Source of the DNA: Eledone cirrhosa
Lineage: Eukaryota
Assembly: GCA_964016885.1 (NCBI GenBank)
Contig: OZ024742.1
Location: forward strand, 103,106,001 to 103,170,000
DNA: 64,000 bases
Reading direction: 5' to 3'
The number at the start of each line of letters is the position of its first letter. The stretch's first letter is position 1. The translations under genes were made by a program, and so were the position numbers. A model generated the notes under the pieces. That model had not been told where the DNA came from and did not search any database. It saw nothing but the letters and a program-made list of their open reading frames with translations. This document shows, one piece after another, positions 24,113 to 36,556 of this stretch.

Positions 24113-24214
24113 CACTAAACATATATAAATGTATTGTCAAATCTTTATCTGAATTAATGAGGGAAAAAAATATAAAAGAACACACTTGTAGGTTATTTAT
24201 AGAGATATAGCTAC

Positions 24215-24720
24215 TGTCATGTCTGGAATGATCAAAAGCTTAAAGCCGAAATTCCTTCCATTATTTTAATTAGATGTACATGTTTCTTCAATTAACAGTG
24301 TTTCATGCTTCTGTTGACGTTTACCAAGTACTTAGAAAGTTTTTATATCAAAAACACCCAAATAATTTTCTCACTCATTAAAAATATAGCAATAAAAATA
24401 CATGCACCAAGCAATTAATGAGGGAAAAAACTCGCTAAATGTTCCCACGAACAACAAACTTAGGTGGTTATCAATTGAACCGACTGAGGAAAGAATAATA
24501 AGCCAACAGCTTCAATTTCCTGTAAATAAATTGAGTCGAAGATTTGATGAAACCAAATTTGATATTACTAATTTAACAAATGGGAATAAATACACCAACC
24601 TCTGACGCTGATGTATTCACTTGAAATTTAGAAAAAAATATTCAGATCCTAAATCCTATTCAAGTTACATGTTTGAAAATATAATCTTTGCTTCATCTGA
24701 TTGAATAAGCATAAAAGAAA
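24215..24720 (+). pseudogene. hAT transposase relic
   Basis: Manual translation gives QKLKAEIPSIILIRCTC... (hAT CxxH region), FSHS, LRWLSIEP.EERIISQ (TRW motif) and YSDP; frameshifted. Confidence 0.6.
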
Positions 24721-24780
24721 TTAAAGAAAGGATGTCTTTAATTTCTTTTATGCTTATTCAATCAGATGAAGCAAAGATTA
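24682..24780. repeat. Perfect 46-bp inverted repeat with a 7-nt loop
   Basis: 24682-24727 is the exact reverse complement of 24735-24780. Confidence 0.95.
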
Positions 24781-25074
24781 CCAAAAAGTTTTGGAATTCT
24801 AAGAAGTGTGCCGTTATTTTTTCTGCTAGAAATGGTCTCCAAACAATTAGAGAATACAGTTCTTGCAATTCTTTCATTTAATTCAGCCTCATGCTTTCCA
24901 TCCATCATTCGTGAACACGGTCCTGAGATACTTGAACTTCTCCACCTGCTTCAGTGGAACTCTATTCACATGTAGAGTGAACTACGCAGACTACCACGAG
25001 AGGACGAGTTATTTCATAAGTTAAAAAACATTGATTTAAATATAAACGTCAATATCATTTGAAGTGATTTTTGT

Positions 25075-25500
25075 GCAACACTTTTTGTCTGATGAGTGGT
25101 TTATGTTGCAGGTAAAGCAATAAATTATATTTCGCTGGTTTAATTTCATTCAGCTGTGAAGAACTCAAGGATGTGATCTCTCAAACAATCTATTCATGAC
25201 ACCGAAAATCTGTTCATCTGGAGATGTCTTACGTGCATGTGATTCTAAATACAATAGTTGTTGACTGCTTTCAAGCTTTCTTCATTCAGTGAACCATGTC
25301 CATGTCTATCATTCAGACATAGGAGTTATGTGACATGGTGAATAACGCAATGGAGTGTATGATTTATTTTCACCCACTCAAATCAATAAACTAACATCTA
25401 AATAGTTTTCGAAGACTGCAACGTTTAATTCAATGTTGCTATGAAACTACTCAAAGGTAACACTCAGAAGGAAGTGAAGTCGAAGCAACGATGAATGGTA
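25075..25500 (-). pseudogene. Transib / RAG1-like DDE transposase C-terminal relic
   Basis: Manual translation: EWVKINHTLHCVIHHVT*LLCLNDRHGHGSLNEESLKAVNNY / YLESHARKTSPDEQIFGVMNRLFERSHP...YCFTCNINH. Confidence 0.65.
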
Positions 25501-27081
25501 TTAGTCCTTTGTGCACTCCTTAATTAAGAGAATAAGCCCGACACTGAGGAAATTATGTCCTGCATTGCCGTCAATTGATGTACCTCAATGTTTACCTGAC
25601 AGGTTCACTACATCCAAAGCTATGTCGATATTTCGAAAAATTAGGGCCGGTATTTCATAAAGTTTCAGTCTACCCAATTTCACCGACAGGACATAGGTAG
25701 ATCTGAAGCTATGGTAAATGGTACTTGTCCACAGTGGGATCGAACCCAGGGCCTAATGATTGGAAAGCGAACTTTTAATCATTCGGCTATGCTGCGTCCA
25801 CTTACTTTTTATTATTAGCGAGGTTGACTTTGCCTTTCATCCTTACGGGGTCGATAAAATAAAGTACCAGTAATGCACTGGGTAATTGCTGGCCTTGTGC
25901 CTAAAGTAGAAACAATTATTAGCACAATGAACATGATGAAGCTGCACACACGCACGCACGCACACACACACACACACGCGCACACACACACTCACAAACA
26001 CATACACACACAGCACGCAAGCATGCACACGTAACATGCACACGTTCATACACATACACGCATACAAATAGCAAGCATGCACCCACATATACACACACAG
26101 CCTGTACGCATGCACGCACACATATATACACGCTTGCATGCAGGTGCGCGCACTTATGCACATAAATCGGTTTCGGCACATACATAGCATGTATAAGCAG
26201 ATAGATAGATGACATGGTAGGTTTAAATAGATAGATAGCATTATGGGTAGATATATATATACATACGCTACTATATAAACTTTGTCATAAACTTATCCTC
26301 AATTACTGAATCTTTATTCGTAATTCACTCTTATTTTTACCTTGAATGTTTATATTTTGCAAACAACCTACTAATCCAGAATTCAGACACTTACTGACGA
26401 TTACGATAAATTTGTTAATCTGTGTCTTAATTTTTGTCTTAACCTTTCTTTACTTAATCTAATTTCTGTCCTACTTCATAAAGTTTTGAGTCTTTCCATC
26501 TATCTTCTAAATGTCTAAAGACAAGCCGTTCTGCATGTTATATTAGATTTGATTGTAAGTACAATATGCCACACATTTCGATGGACATTAATTTAAATAC
26601 ACTTAATAAGTAAGTAACGTGTAAACTGTCAAATTATGCTGCTTTAGTTGTTTTTAATACACTTAATCAGTAACGTGTAAATAGTAAAGCTATGCTGCTT
26701 TATAACTAGATAAACAGCTTCGTGTCTCACACCGTGACACTGTCTTTGTCTATCAAGGCGTCATCTTCAGCAAGCCTTCCCAAAGTTGTTCTCGGCAGGA
26801 TTTAAACTTGGAGTGCAGTGAACCGGAATAAATAATTCAAGGCATTTCTTCCGACACTTTAGTAAGTCTGTTAATCCGCCACCCATATTAAAATATATGA
26901 CAACGAATTTCTTCTACCAAACTGAGGAGGTGAGGCGACAAATAACTTTAAAAAAAAAAAAAAGTGGATATAGATTTAAAAAAGTTGGGAAGACTTGAAC
27001 TACAGAACTTATTTGTTTAATCTTTCTTCGTGTCTTATGTATTGACACTAACTATCAAGGCATTATCTAAAGTGGGTCTAA

Positions 27082-27306
27082 GGGCGGTGGATTGGCAGAA
27101 TCGGTAAAGCGTCGGACAGCCTGCTTTGCAGCAGAGAGTTACGTCCCTTTAAGTTCTGATTTCAAATCCCGCCGAGGGAACTTCACCTTTCATCCTTACG
27201 GGGTCGATAAAATAAAGTACCAGTCATATACTGGTATCGATTTAATCAACTTTAACCCCACCCACCCCCCAAATTGCTGGCTTTGTGTCTATCGTAGAAA
27301 TCATTA
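27082..27306 (+). mobile_element. Nin-domain SINE with TSD
   Basis: SINE consensus; ATTATCTAAAG(T)GGGTCT duplicated at about 27062 and 27303. Confidence 0.8.
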
Positions 27307-27744
27307 TCTAAAGGGGTCTGATGTAAAAATGCGAGGGATGAGGGTTGACAATGGAGTTGGGAACATTTTAATTTAATTTTCTAACTTTAGAATCATTCTT
27401 TACTGGTTATTGAAATTTTTGCTGCAAAAGATAAAACTTTGCGATTGGACAAAATTAAGATCTATTAATAACCGTGTCGAAAAATTCCATCATACTAAAA
27501 TAATGATACAATGAATGTTTTTTTTATCAAACGGGTGACAAATTTCTCTTAAAAAATGGCGTTTGAGTAAGACTTATCTATAGAACGTTTTAGTTTAATC
27601 TTTGAGTATTGATTAGGTGCTGTTTCGAAACAGGATGAAAAAACAAACTGTAGAATCTAAATCGAGAGCCAGAATTTGTAAATATTGAGTGGAGAGAGTT
27701 AATTTACAGATGTTGACCAATTATTAAGTCTGTCGGACCTGTCA

Positions 27745-27885
27745 ACTCTCCCCGTCGGACGGGGAGATCTTCCACCCACTTTGGGTGTGGGTGAGAGGTG
27801 TCTTCTCTTGTAAAAATGAGTATAGTTTCATTATGTAAAATTTCCCCGTTTTCATGGTACTCCCCATTTGGGTTTTAATAAGTTG
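27745..27885 (+). repeat. Dispersed repeat starting with twin hairpins, probably a LINE 3' UTR; second copy at 40262-40435
   Basis: CTCTCCCCGTC(G/C)GACGGGGAGA followed by CAC.CACTTTGGG.TGGGTG in both copies. Confidence 0.6.
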
Positions 27886-28479
27886 ACTGGTCTTGGCTGT
27901 TGATTAGGAAGACACGGTTAATAAAAAGACAGTGGTAGGTAGGAGAGTTCATAGAAAAGGTCCATAATTAGAAATATCGTAAGGAATGAAAAAAAAACTG
28001 ACGTTTGAAGACATTGTACTTCGTTCGAGAGGAAGAAAGGAGAAGGAAAAAAGGGTAGCTTTCTGTTTTCCTCGCTGTCAGACTTGATCGCAAGCATGGT
28101 TGTATGATTAGGAGATTCGTATCGCAACGACGCGGCTTAAGATTCGATCCTATCGCGCGGTACTGTGTGCCTGTGTCTCTACTTTAGCAGACATGTCGTC
28201 AGGCTTTGGTACTCATAACTGCTCTTTCAGAGGAAATATATTTCAGGAATAAAATAGTGTAGTTAATACGAAGCAATGTGAGATATGAAATAAAAGACCA
28301 ATAGGTTTTAAAAAAAACAGTACAAAGGGCATATGATAACAAATAAAACAAAACAAAGTAATATTTTATCCAGTGTATTTCAACATATTTCAAGTCTATA
28401 ACCCTCTTTTCAAATGTGAAGCTGAAACAGTTCAAAAGAAAACGAAAGATCGATGTGTTCTCCCTTAACTGGCCTACGT

Positions 28480-29340
28480 GCTGAGGTCATTATAGTAACC
28501 AATCACACATATGTGAGGTCATTATATTAACCAATCAGCTACGTACATTTCCAATCTATTATTCATGTTTTTTTTTTGTTTTTTTTGTTTTGTTTCGGTT
28601 GATGATAATGGCCTCTTTGATTCTTAGATTGCCTATATTCCTTTCTGTTGCCTCTATGGTGACGTCATGTCTCGGCTGCGGTATCTGTCAAGATGTTTTG
28701 TTTTTTTTAACAGAAGAAACTCTTGTCAGCATGGGCTCTTTGATCCGTATGTGCAGCATCCGGACGGTACTTCCGATGTACAAGGAGATACATTTTTTAC
28801 ATGTGACCGCGTAGACCACATTTGCTCTCATGCACACTTCTGCCTTGTTTAAGGGACGATTAGGAAGTGTGCACATATGTCTGTATGTGGGTTGATGTCT
28901 GTGCAGCCGTCGTCACAATGAGGGTCTCGAGTGCGCCAGTTGTATATTTAGTCCCTCCCTACGGATGGCTTGTCTGATGGCAGCGATCGTCTTTTTATTG
29001 AGATGCAGTTCTAGGTAGCATATGTTACCTCTAGGGGCGCGTGTCCTCCTTGTTCGGTGTTTGGTGAGAGAAGTAAGGTAGCCGTTTTCGGATGCTGCAC
29101 ATACAGATCAAGGAGCACATGACGATGAGAGCTTCTTCTGTTAAAAAACATATTTATGATGTCACAGCCAAGACATTGATGCCACCATCGAGGTGGCGGA
29201 AAGGAATAAAGTCAATTTAAGAATAAAAAAGGCCATTATCATCAACCGGAAACATATACAGATAAATAATAGATTAGAAATGCATGCGGTAGACTGGTTA
29301 CTATAACGACTTCACACATGCGTAGATAAGTTAAAATATC
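28480..29340 (-). mobile_element. Penelope-like element relic: GIY-YIG endonuclease with an inverted 3' duplicate
   Basis: NVVYAVTCKKCISLYIGSTVRMLHIRIKE then NLRIKEAIIINRN on the minus strand; diverged inverted copy on the plus strand at about 29100-29340. Confidence 0.75.
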
Positions 29341-29485
29341 GAGCGCACAGGACAAAAACAATGGAAAAAAAACAACAACAGAAAGGTCAATAACCGTTTA
29401 TTCCAGTGCACATTGGGACACAACAAAACAGGTGGAGACAAGTTATACCTTTAGACAAATTACAGAAATATAGAGTGCGCAAGGA

Positions 29486-29551
<66 letters not shown>

Positions 29552-29560
29552 ACTTATATA

Positions 29561-30152
29561 TATATATAAGTATGTATACGTACATACATATATGTATACA
29601 GACGTACAGTAGTATGTATATACATACATACACACATATATATATGTCCGTATGGGTTTACCGAACATTTATTATAATGTTCGGTTTGTTTGTAAACAAA
29701 CAGCCCGAATTAAGCCGTACAGTGTTCGGCAACCGTCGTTGCCCTTTTGTTCAACACTGACAAAGGAACGATGAACTAGTTTCTAGCTTATTAGCTGTCA
29801 TCAGCACTATATACCTTCCTGTCAGTCGATTGAACATTTGAAAGTATATACTTTCCTTATGCTTATTAACGGCTGAGCAGCCTAATTTGCATATCGAGTG
29901 AGTTAGTCGGCCGGGCGTACCGAAAACGATAAATGGAAAAAATGAAATTTCATTTCTCACTCATAGTACGGCTGATACTTAAATATAAGTATGTATACGT
30001 ACATACATATATGTATACAGACGTACAGTAGTATGTATATACATACATACATGCACATATATATATATATATGTGTGCATGTATGTATACATACTTATAT
30101 TTAAGTATCAGCCGTACTATGAGTGAGAAATGAAATTTCATTTTTTCCATTT
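29561..30152 (-). mobile_element. Hammerhead-containing repeat (Penelope pLTR / retrozyme-like), 419-bp period plus an inverted end
   Basis: Direct repeat at 29568 and 29987; 29931-29998 inverted at 30085-30152; hammerhead core at 29769-29809 (minus); (TA)n on both sides. Confidence 0.7.
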
Positions 30153-32002
30153 ATATATATATATATATATATAAATGAAAATATAGAAATTATTGCAGCA
30201 AGAAGCCAACAGTATTCCATAATATATAAGTGACTATAGCGTCAACATGGGAAAAAGAATCAGGATATAGATTCATCCAACAGAATTTAGTGAAATCCAG
30301 GGAAAAATCAATAGAGCCTTAACTCATGATAAAATAAAGTTTAAAATACTCATCCTTCAATTTGGAAAAACTACAAATGCTCTGTATAGTAAGCCCTTGC
30401 GGTTCACAACTTTTGTTAGTGTTGTCTTTGACTAGAGGACACTTTAGATACTGTGTCCATAGATATGTCGAGAACAAACAAATGGGATTTTTCATGACTG
30501 GTATGCCTTTGATCATAGAGTTGACCTGGCGCTAAATAACAACAATGGCCATCACCTCTTCAAAGTTGGATTAGCAACAATCTGAATGACACTTCGGTCA
30601 TAGTCTTTAACCACAAAAGGTTAAACCGACTTTATTAAAGTTTGAAGGCGATGAACTTACACAGTTGTTGGAACGTCGGCATGTAATACTTTGTGGTATT
30701 ATTTCTGGCAGTGGATTGGCAGTATCGGTAGAGGGTCGGACGCCATGCTTTGCAGCAAAGAGTTACGGCCCTTTATGGTCTGAGTTCAAATCCCGCCGAG
30801 GTTAACTTTGCCTTTCATCCTTCCGGGGTCGATAAAATAAAAGTAGCAGTAATGCACTGGGATAATTGCTGGCCTTGTGCCCAAAATAGAAACATTTATT
30901 GCCGGCTCTCTGTGCTCTCTGAGTTCGAACCCCGCCGAGATCAACTTTACTTTCATTCTTTTGAAGTCGATAAAAACGTACTAGTCTAGTACTGAAGTGA
31001 ATTCTTCCCTCATAGTCTCTTTATCTGGAAGAAATTGACTGTGTTCAGACCTGGAGAAGGGAGGGGCTCCGTTAGATTTAAAACACTCAATACATGACGT
31101 TTGACTCCATCAGGAGTTAAAGGTCTAAACATACATGCACATACAGACAGAAATACACCTGCATACATACACACATATACACATAGACACATATGCATAC
31201 ATACATGCCAGCATACATACATACATGCATGCAAACATACACATGCATGCATGCATGCATACATACATACCAGCATACATACATGCAAACATACACATGC
31301 ATGCATACATACCAGCATGATGATGACTGCCCCCTCGTTATCGAGTATGGCCATTGCACGATATACCATTATTAATAATTATTAATTAATTCTATCGTGC
31401 AATGCCTGTGCGTGAAGATATTTTTTAAAGTGAGGAAAGACTGTGCACTGAGCCAATCCCACTCTCTGAGCGACAGTAGCTATAACCCGAAAAGAAGAAA
31501 AGATCAACATCATCGGTAACTACTGAGCCGCAGGTTTTATATCGGAGTTATCTCAGTTTCCTGAGTTGCCTTCTCCTAGAAGAATGCCCTGACAAAAGCT
31601 AGGGGTCCTTCACTCCCAGTGGTTTAACCACGCGATCGGTTTGTCCAGCCCGACTATTTCTATGTCCCCGCGCATGTACATACACATGCACCCATGTATA
31701 TACACATATACATATACATATATATGTACATGTGTATATACATATTTACATACATTTGGATGGCCATTGACTCTTATGAGATCTTCCGCCCTTTGTCAGG
31801 TTTTGTTTTTTTGTCCTGCAGGGTGTCCAAAATCACCCTCCTCACTCAGTACACTTGGTGGGGTTACCGGTTTAGTCGCCGACGACCATGCGACAAGTTG
31901 TACTGGGCTACAGGTTACCAGTAGCACTCAAGAGTGACCCGACATAACATACCAGCATACATGCAAACATACACATGCATGCATATATTCACACATACAT
32001 AC

Positions 32003-32515
32003 AAGGAACACCTTGAAAGATATTCCCTGCCAGATAATCAACAACTCACACCCAGGGAAGTCGCCCAGCAGTACCGCAGTGAATCCATGGATGAAAAGCT
32101 GCATGCTTATCAGCAAAAAATCATGCATAGATATGTTGCCAGGAAGCTCCAGAGTGAGAGTAAGATAGATAAGAAAAGTAGTCTATCTTGGACCAACAAC
32201 CGCTATATTGGCTCCCACTTTGAAGGATATGCTTTTGCAATCCAAGAATAGGAAATCAACACGAAATACCTGATTCACAAAAGAGATAGAGATGCAGGAA
32301 AAACACCTAGATGTGACAACAAGTGCACACTCTGCAGAATTAACATCGAAGATGTTACCCATGTGATAAGCAGCTGTCCAAAGATGTCATCACGGTACTA
32401 TCTACCTATGAGGAATGGTGTAGTGGTCAAAACACTGTACAATGCAATCCGTAGAAAAGATAGCCCCGATAATAAACACATCAAAAGCTACAGCAATGTG
32501 GAAGACATACATATA
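32003..32515 (+). pseudogene. R4/Dong-type relic, same family as 22081-23598
   Basis: KEHLERYSLPDNQQLTPRE...SHFEGYAFAIQE, SSCPKMSSRYYLPMRN; preceded by degenerate (CATA)n. Confidence 0.85.
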
Positions 32516-33232
32516 CATCCCAAAAAGAAGAACAAGTCAACATCATTGGATACCATCAGAGTTGCAGGTGTTATATCAGAGTTTTCCTTCTCCTAGAATT
32601 CTGCCTTGACAAAGGTTAAGGGGTCATCTCTCCCGGTGATTTTGGATGGCCATTGACTCTTAAGAGCTCCTTTGCCCTTTGACAGGTTTTGTTTTTAGTC
32701 CTGCAGGATGTCCAAAGTCACCCTCCTCACCAAGAAACATACATACATACATACATACATACATACATGCATACATAAATACATGCATACATACATACAT
32801 GCATACATACATGCATACATACACAAATACATACATACATGCAAACATACATACATTCATACATACATACATACATACATACACTCACAAATACATACAT
32901 GCATGCATACATACATACACTCATAAATACATACATACATACATGCATACATACATAAATACATACATACATGCAAACATACATACGCATATACATACAT
33001 ACATACATGCAAACATACATACGCATATACATACATACATGCAAACATACATACGCATATACATACATACATACATGCAAACATACATACGCATATACAT
33101 ACATACATACGCATATACATACATACATACATACATATGCGTACACTAAAGTTTGAACTTTGAACAGCTGTAAAGAAAATATCGCATTCATGTTTCTGAA
33201 AAAGCCGACCTCAGAGAATTTAGTCTCTCTTC

Positions 33233-33337
<105 letters not shown>

Positions 33338-33493
33338 CTGTGCCCCAGCATGACCGCAGTTTAATGAGTGAAACCCATAAAAGAATATGTATGTATGTAT
33401 ATTTGCATGCACGCATGTATGTATGTATCTGTGTATGTGTGTATGTATGTATGTATGTATGTATGTATGTATGTATGTATGTATGTATGTATG

Positions 33494-36400
33494 TTTTCTC
33501 TTTCTCTTAATTTCGAGTATATTTTTTTGACCGGCCACCTTCCTGGTGGCAAGGTTGTAAAAGAAAAGAAATTGTCATCCCTTGAATCGCAAGAATGTTT
33601 TGCAAATTTTGAAGGTGCCAGCTATCGCAGCCATTTGTAGACTATGAATTAGGGAGCTGCGCTTTTTGTCCGCAAATCCAAGTTCAGTCATACTTTGGTC
33701 CAGGCGGGTTGGTATATAACCCGTAGCACCAATAATGATGGGTATGAAGCTAAAGGTGTATCTTGGATACTGGATTTGTAAACTCCTCATCAATGGTCCG
33801 TAGATGTCCTCTTTTTCCTGTATTTTTCTGACAACGTTTACATCAAGTGGGCAGCTGATCTCCACAACAGAACACGTTTTCAATGTGTGGTCCCAAACTA
33901 CAATATCAGGCCGGTTGTGCTTTAATTTGGTGGCAGTTTTTATTTTCAGGTTCCACCAGTATTCCTTAGTGCCATCTGTCTCAATATATTCTTCCTCGTT
34001 TGTTGTTAATTTTGTTTTCCGAAGTGCGTTCCAGATGGTTCTAGCTATCCCATCGTGTCTCATGGGGAGGTAGTAGCGAGATGACATTCTTTCGCAGCTG
34101 GCAACAATGTGGCTTACATCCTCGATCTTTGTTTTACATAGCCTACATTTATTGTCAGCTGCTGGCCCTCCTATTTTGTGCAGCAGATATTTGGTAGGGA
34201 GTTCTTGTTCCTGTATTGCATAGAGGTATCCCTCAAGGTGTGATGTCATAAACTTGTCGGAACTCCATACCAGGCTTTTTGAGTGGTTTATCCCCTCTAT
34301 GGTCTGTGTTTTACGCCTCAAGTATCCATGCACAACTTTTTCTGTAAATTGGTCAATTTTTTTATCTTGTTTGAACATTGAATAGGATCTTCCGATTTCT
34401 CTGGGTGAGAGATTTATATCAGGCTTTATTCCATATCTCTCCTCCAGATCAGTCGTTATTCTAATGATATTTCTTTTTTCATGGTCATAAACCTGGGCAA
34501 GATGGTTGCCAACCTTTTTCCTCTGTTGAAGGTGTTGCTTCAGTGTTACTATCCGGGTCTCATATGTTGTTAATATTGATTTTAGACCCCGACCACCTTC
34601 CTTGCGTGAGAAGTATAGCCTATCCACATCACCATTGATGTTAAAGTTCCCAGTAACACTGAGAAGTTTTCGAGTTCTAACATCCATCTCACTTAGTTCT
34701 TGCAATGGCCAGTTCAGTAGGCCAAATGTTGGCGTTAGAATTGGCACAGCATAAGTATTGTGGGCAATGTATTTGTTGTATGCTGACAGTTCTGATGACC
34801 ATATTTTCTTTACCCTTCTGAGGTATTCAGTTCTGGTTCTCTCCTTATTTATGGGTCCATCATATCTGACATTCTCATCCTGTCCAAGATATCTGTAGTT
34901 GTCACCTGACTGCAGAGGTTGTATTGTCAGGCCGTTCATCTCTAGATTTCTAGAGGAGGGCACAGCTCTTCCACGTTTTACTGCCAAATATGCACACTTG
35001 GACTCACCAAATTTCATTTTGATGTCGGTTGAAAATTGTGTAATGAGGTCCAATTGTTTCTTGATGTCATTGATATTTGGCCCATACAACTTCAGGTCAT
35101 CAACAAAGAAAAGATGGGAGATACTTCTGGGCCCACTTCTTTGTCCACCTTGTTTCCTGAGTAGGTAAGATAGTGGATTCAGTGAGAGAACGAAGAGTAG
35201 CACTGACAAGCTATCACCCTGAAAGATGCCCTTCTGGTAATGTATCTTATCAGTCTTAACCTGCTCCTTCTCACCTCTAAGGATCAAACTGGTGTACCAG
35301 TTCTTGGTCAGGCGTTCAACAGCAGCTACCAATGGTTGTGGGACTTTAGCTAACTGTAAAGCCTTAACAATCCACCCATGAGGTACACTATCAAATGCTT
35401 TTTGATAGTCCAGCCACACGACAGTCATGTTTCTGCGATTCTTTGTTGTTTTTTCCTGAATCATTTTGTTAGTTAGTAGGTGATCTATGCAACCCCACAC
35501 CTCCCTCTTTCCACCAGCTTGCTCAGGTGTTATGATGTTGTTGGTAGCACAGTGATCCTGTAAGAACAGGTTAAGGCACCCAGTATATAATTTATACATG
35601 ATGTTTTGGCAGGCAATTGGGCGGTAATTTTTAGCAAGGGTGGTTTGGCTATTTTTGGGAATGAGGAGAGTAGTGGCAGTTGATAACCATCTGGGCAGTT
35701 CTTGTGTGCCCTTAATGATTTCTGTAAACAGCCGTATGAGATCTTGCCGATAGAAAGTGAAATTCTTCAACCAGTATCCTGTAATGAGGTCTGGGCCTGG
35801 CGATTTCCTATTCGACATTTTCTGTAGAGCTGTTTCCAGTATTGACCCATCTATGTCATATTGTTTTGTCTGGACATGTTGGCAGTAGTCCTGTTCCAGT
35901 TCTTTTAGCCAATTAGCTTGTCTGTTGAATCCGTCATCCGTTTCCCATACAGATCTCCAGTAGCTCTCAACCTGTTCTTTTGAAGGGGTGTCATTTACAG
36001 AGATTGAGCTTTTGCCACCGAAGCTGCGATAAACTGATTTAGGATCTCTGGCAAACAATCTATTTAGCACTTGTCGTTTATGTGCTGTTGACTTATATTT
36101 CAGTCTTTCTGTTGTAGCTGTGAGTTGTTGTTTCAACTGGTGTAATTTGGAGTTCAAAGTTTTAAATTTTGTATCTCCAAATCGTCTCTCTAACTTTTTC
36201 TTTAGGTCTTCCTGGTGTCGTGTGAAGCTGCTCTCTATGTTGCATTTCATAACGACTGCGATGTGTGAGATACTTCGTCTCAGGGACAAAATTTTGGATT
36301 TTAAATTTCGCATCCACGCTGGTTCAGGCTTCCCGCTTGTATCTTGATTGCGTGGTTTTAGATGTGTGTTATATGATAGCAATGTGACAGCTGAAACATA

Positions 36401-36556
36401 TAACAAAACATTAAGCGTTTCAAATGTCGTTTCTACACCTTTAGATCGTATAGCCTTCAGATAACTGCCAGCTATTTCGTTCACCGCTTCCAATTCCAAT
36501 TTAGTGGGTTCTTTACTGACTCTAGTGTTGTATGGTCTGTCACTCACATTAAGGCT
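33494..36556 (-). mobile_element. 5'-truncated R4/Dong-type RLE non-LTR retrotransposon inserted in (CATA)n
   Basis: Uninterrupted ORF plus an 81-nt 3' UTR with hairpin GCCACC/GGTGGC (33534-33550); (CATA)n on the element strand at both ends (36557-37163 and 33387-33493). Confidence 0.92.
33575..36556 (-). CDS. RT + CCHC knuckle + PD-(D/E)xK-type RLE polyprotein, about 990 aa, N-terminus missing
   Basis: PAWMRNL, KSPGPDLITGYWLK, YRPIAC, LDYQKAFDSVPH, GIFQGDSLS, FVDDLK, CRLC...EDVSHIVASC, RHD, RPDIVVWD...VVEISCP. Confidence 0.9.
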   Translation of the reverse strand, partial: SLNVSDRPYNTRVSKEPTKLELEAVNEIAGSYLKAIRSKGVETTFETLNVLLYVSAVTLLSYNTHLKPRNQDTSGKPEPAWMRNLKSKILSLRRSISHIAVVMKCNIESSFTRHQEDLKKKLERRFGDTKFKTLNSKLHQLKQQLTATTERLKYKSTAHKRQVLNRLFARDPKSVYRSFGGKSSISVNDTPSKEQVESYWRSVWETDDGFNRQANWLKELEQDYCQHVQTKQYDIDGSILETALQKMSNRKSPGPDLITGYWLKNFTFYRQDLIRLFTEIIKGTQELPRWLSTATTLLIPKNSQTTLAKNYRPIACQNIMYKLYTGCLNLFLQDHCATNNIITPEQAGGKREVWGCIDHLLTNKMIQEKTTKNRRNMTVVWLDYQKAFDSVPHGWIVKALQLAKVPQPLVAAVERLTKNWYTSLILRGEKEQVKTDKIHYQKGIFQGDSLSVLLFVLSLNPLSYLLRKQGGQRSGPRSISHLFFVDDLKLYGPNINDIKKQLDLITQFSTDIKMKFGESKCAYLAVKRGRAVPSSRNLEMNGLTIQPLQSGDNYRYLGQDENVRYDGPINKERTRTEYLRRVKKIWSSELSAYNKYIAHNTYAVPILTPTFGLLNWPLQELSEMDVRTRKLLSVTGNFNINGDVDRLYFSRKEGGRGLKSILTTYETRIVTLKQHLQQRKKVGNHLAQVYDHEKRNIIRITTDLEERYGIKPDINLSPREIGRSYSMFKQDKKIDQFTEKVVHGYLRRKTQTIEGINHSKSLVWSSDKFMTSHLEGYLYAIQEQELPTKYLLHKIGGPAADNKCRLCKTKIEDVSHIVASCERMSSRYYLPMRHDGIARTIWNALRKTKLTTNEEEYIETDGTKEYWWNLKIKTATKLKHNRPDIVVWDHTLKTCSVVEISCPLDVNVVRKIQEKEDIYGPLMRSLQIQYPRYTFSFIPIIIGATGYIPTRLDQSMTELGFADKKRSSLIHSLQMAAIAGTFKICKTFLRFKG

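Noticed and set aside
26735-26772. Hammerhead candidate (CTGAAGA on the minus strand)
   Set aside because: A stem is present but no GAAA follows it
32570-32737. 3' UTR of the R4/Dong relic at 32003
   Set aside because: It matches a separate repeat at 31530-31850 and resembles a reversed RTE-type 5' UTR segment (CTAGGAGAAGGAAAACTCTG), so the relic's 3' end is lost and its link to the downstream (CATA)n is indirect
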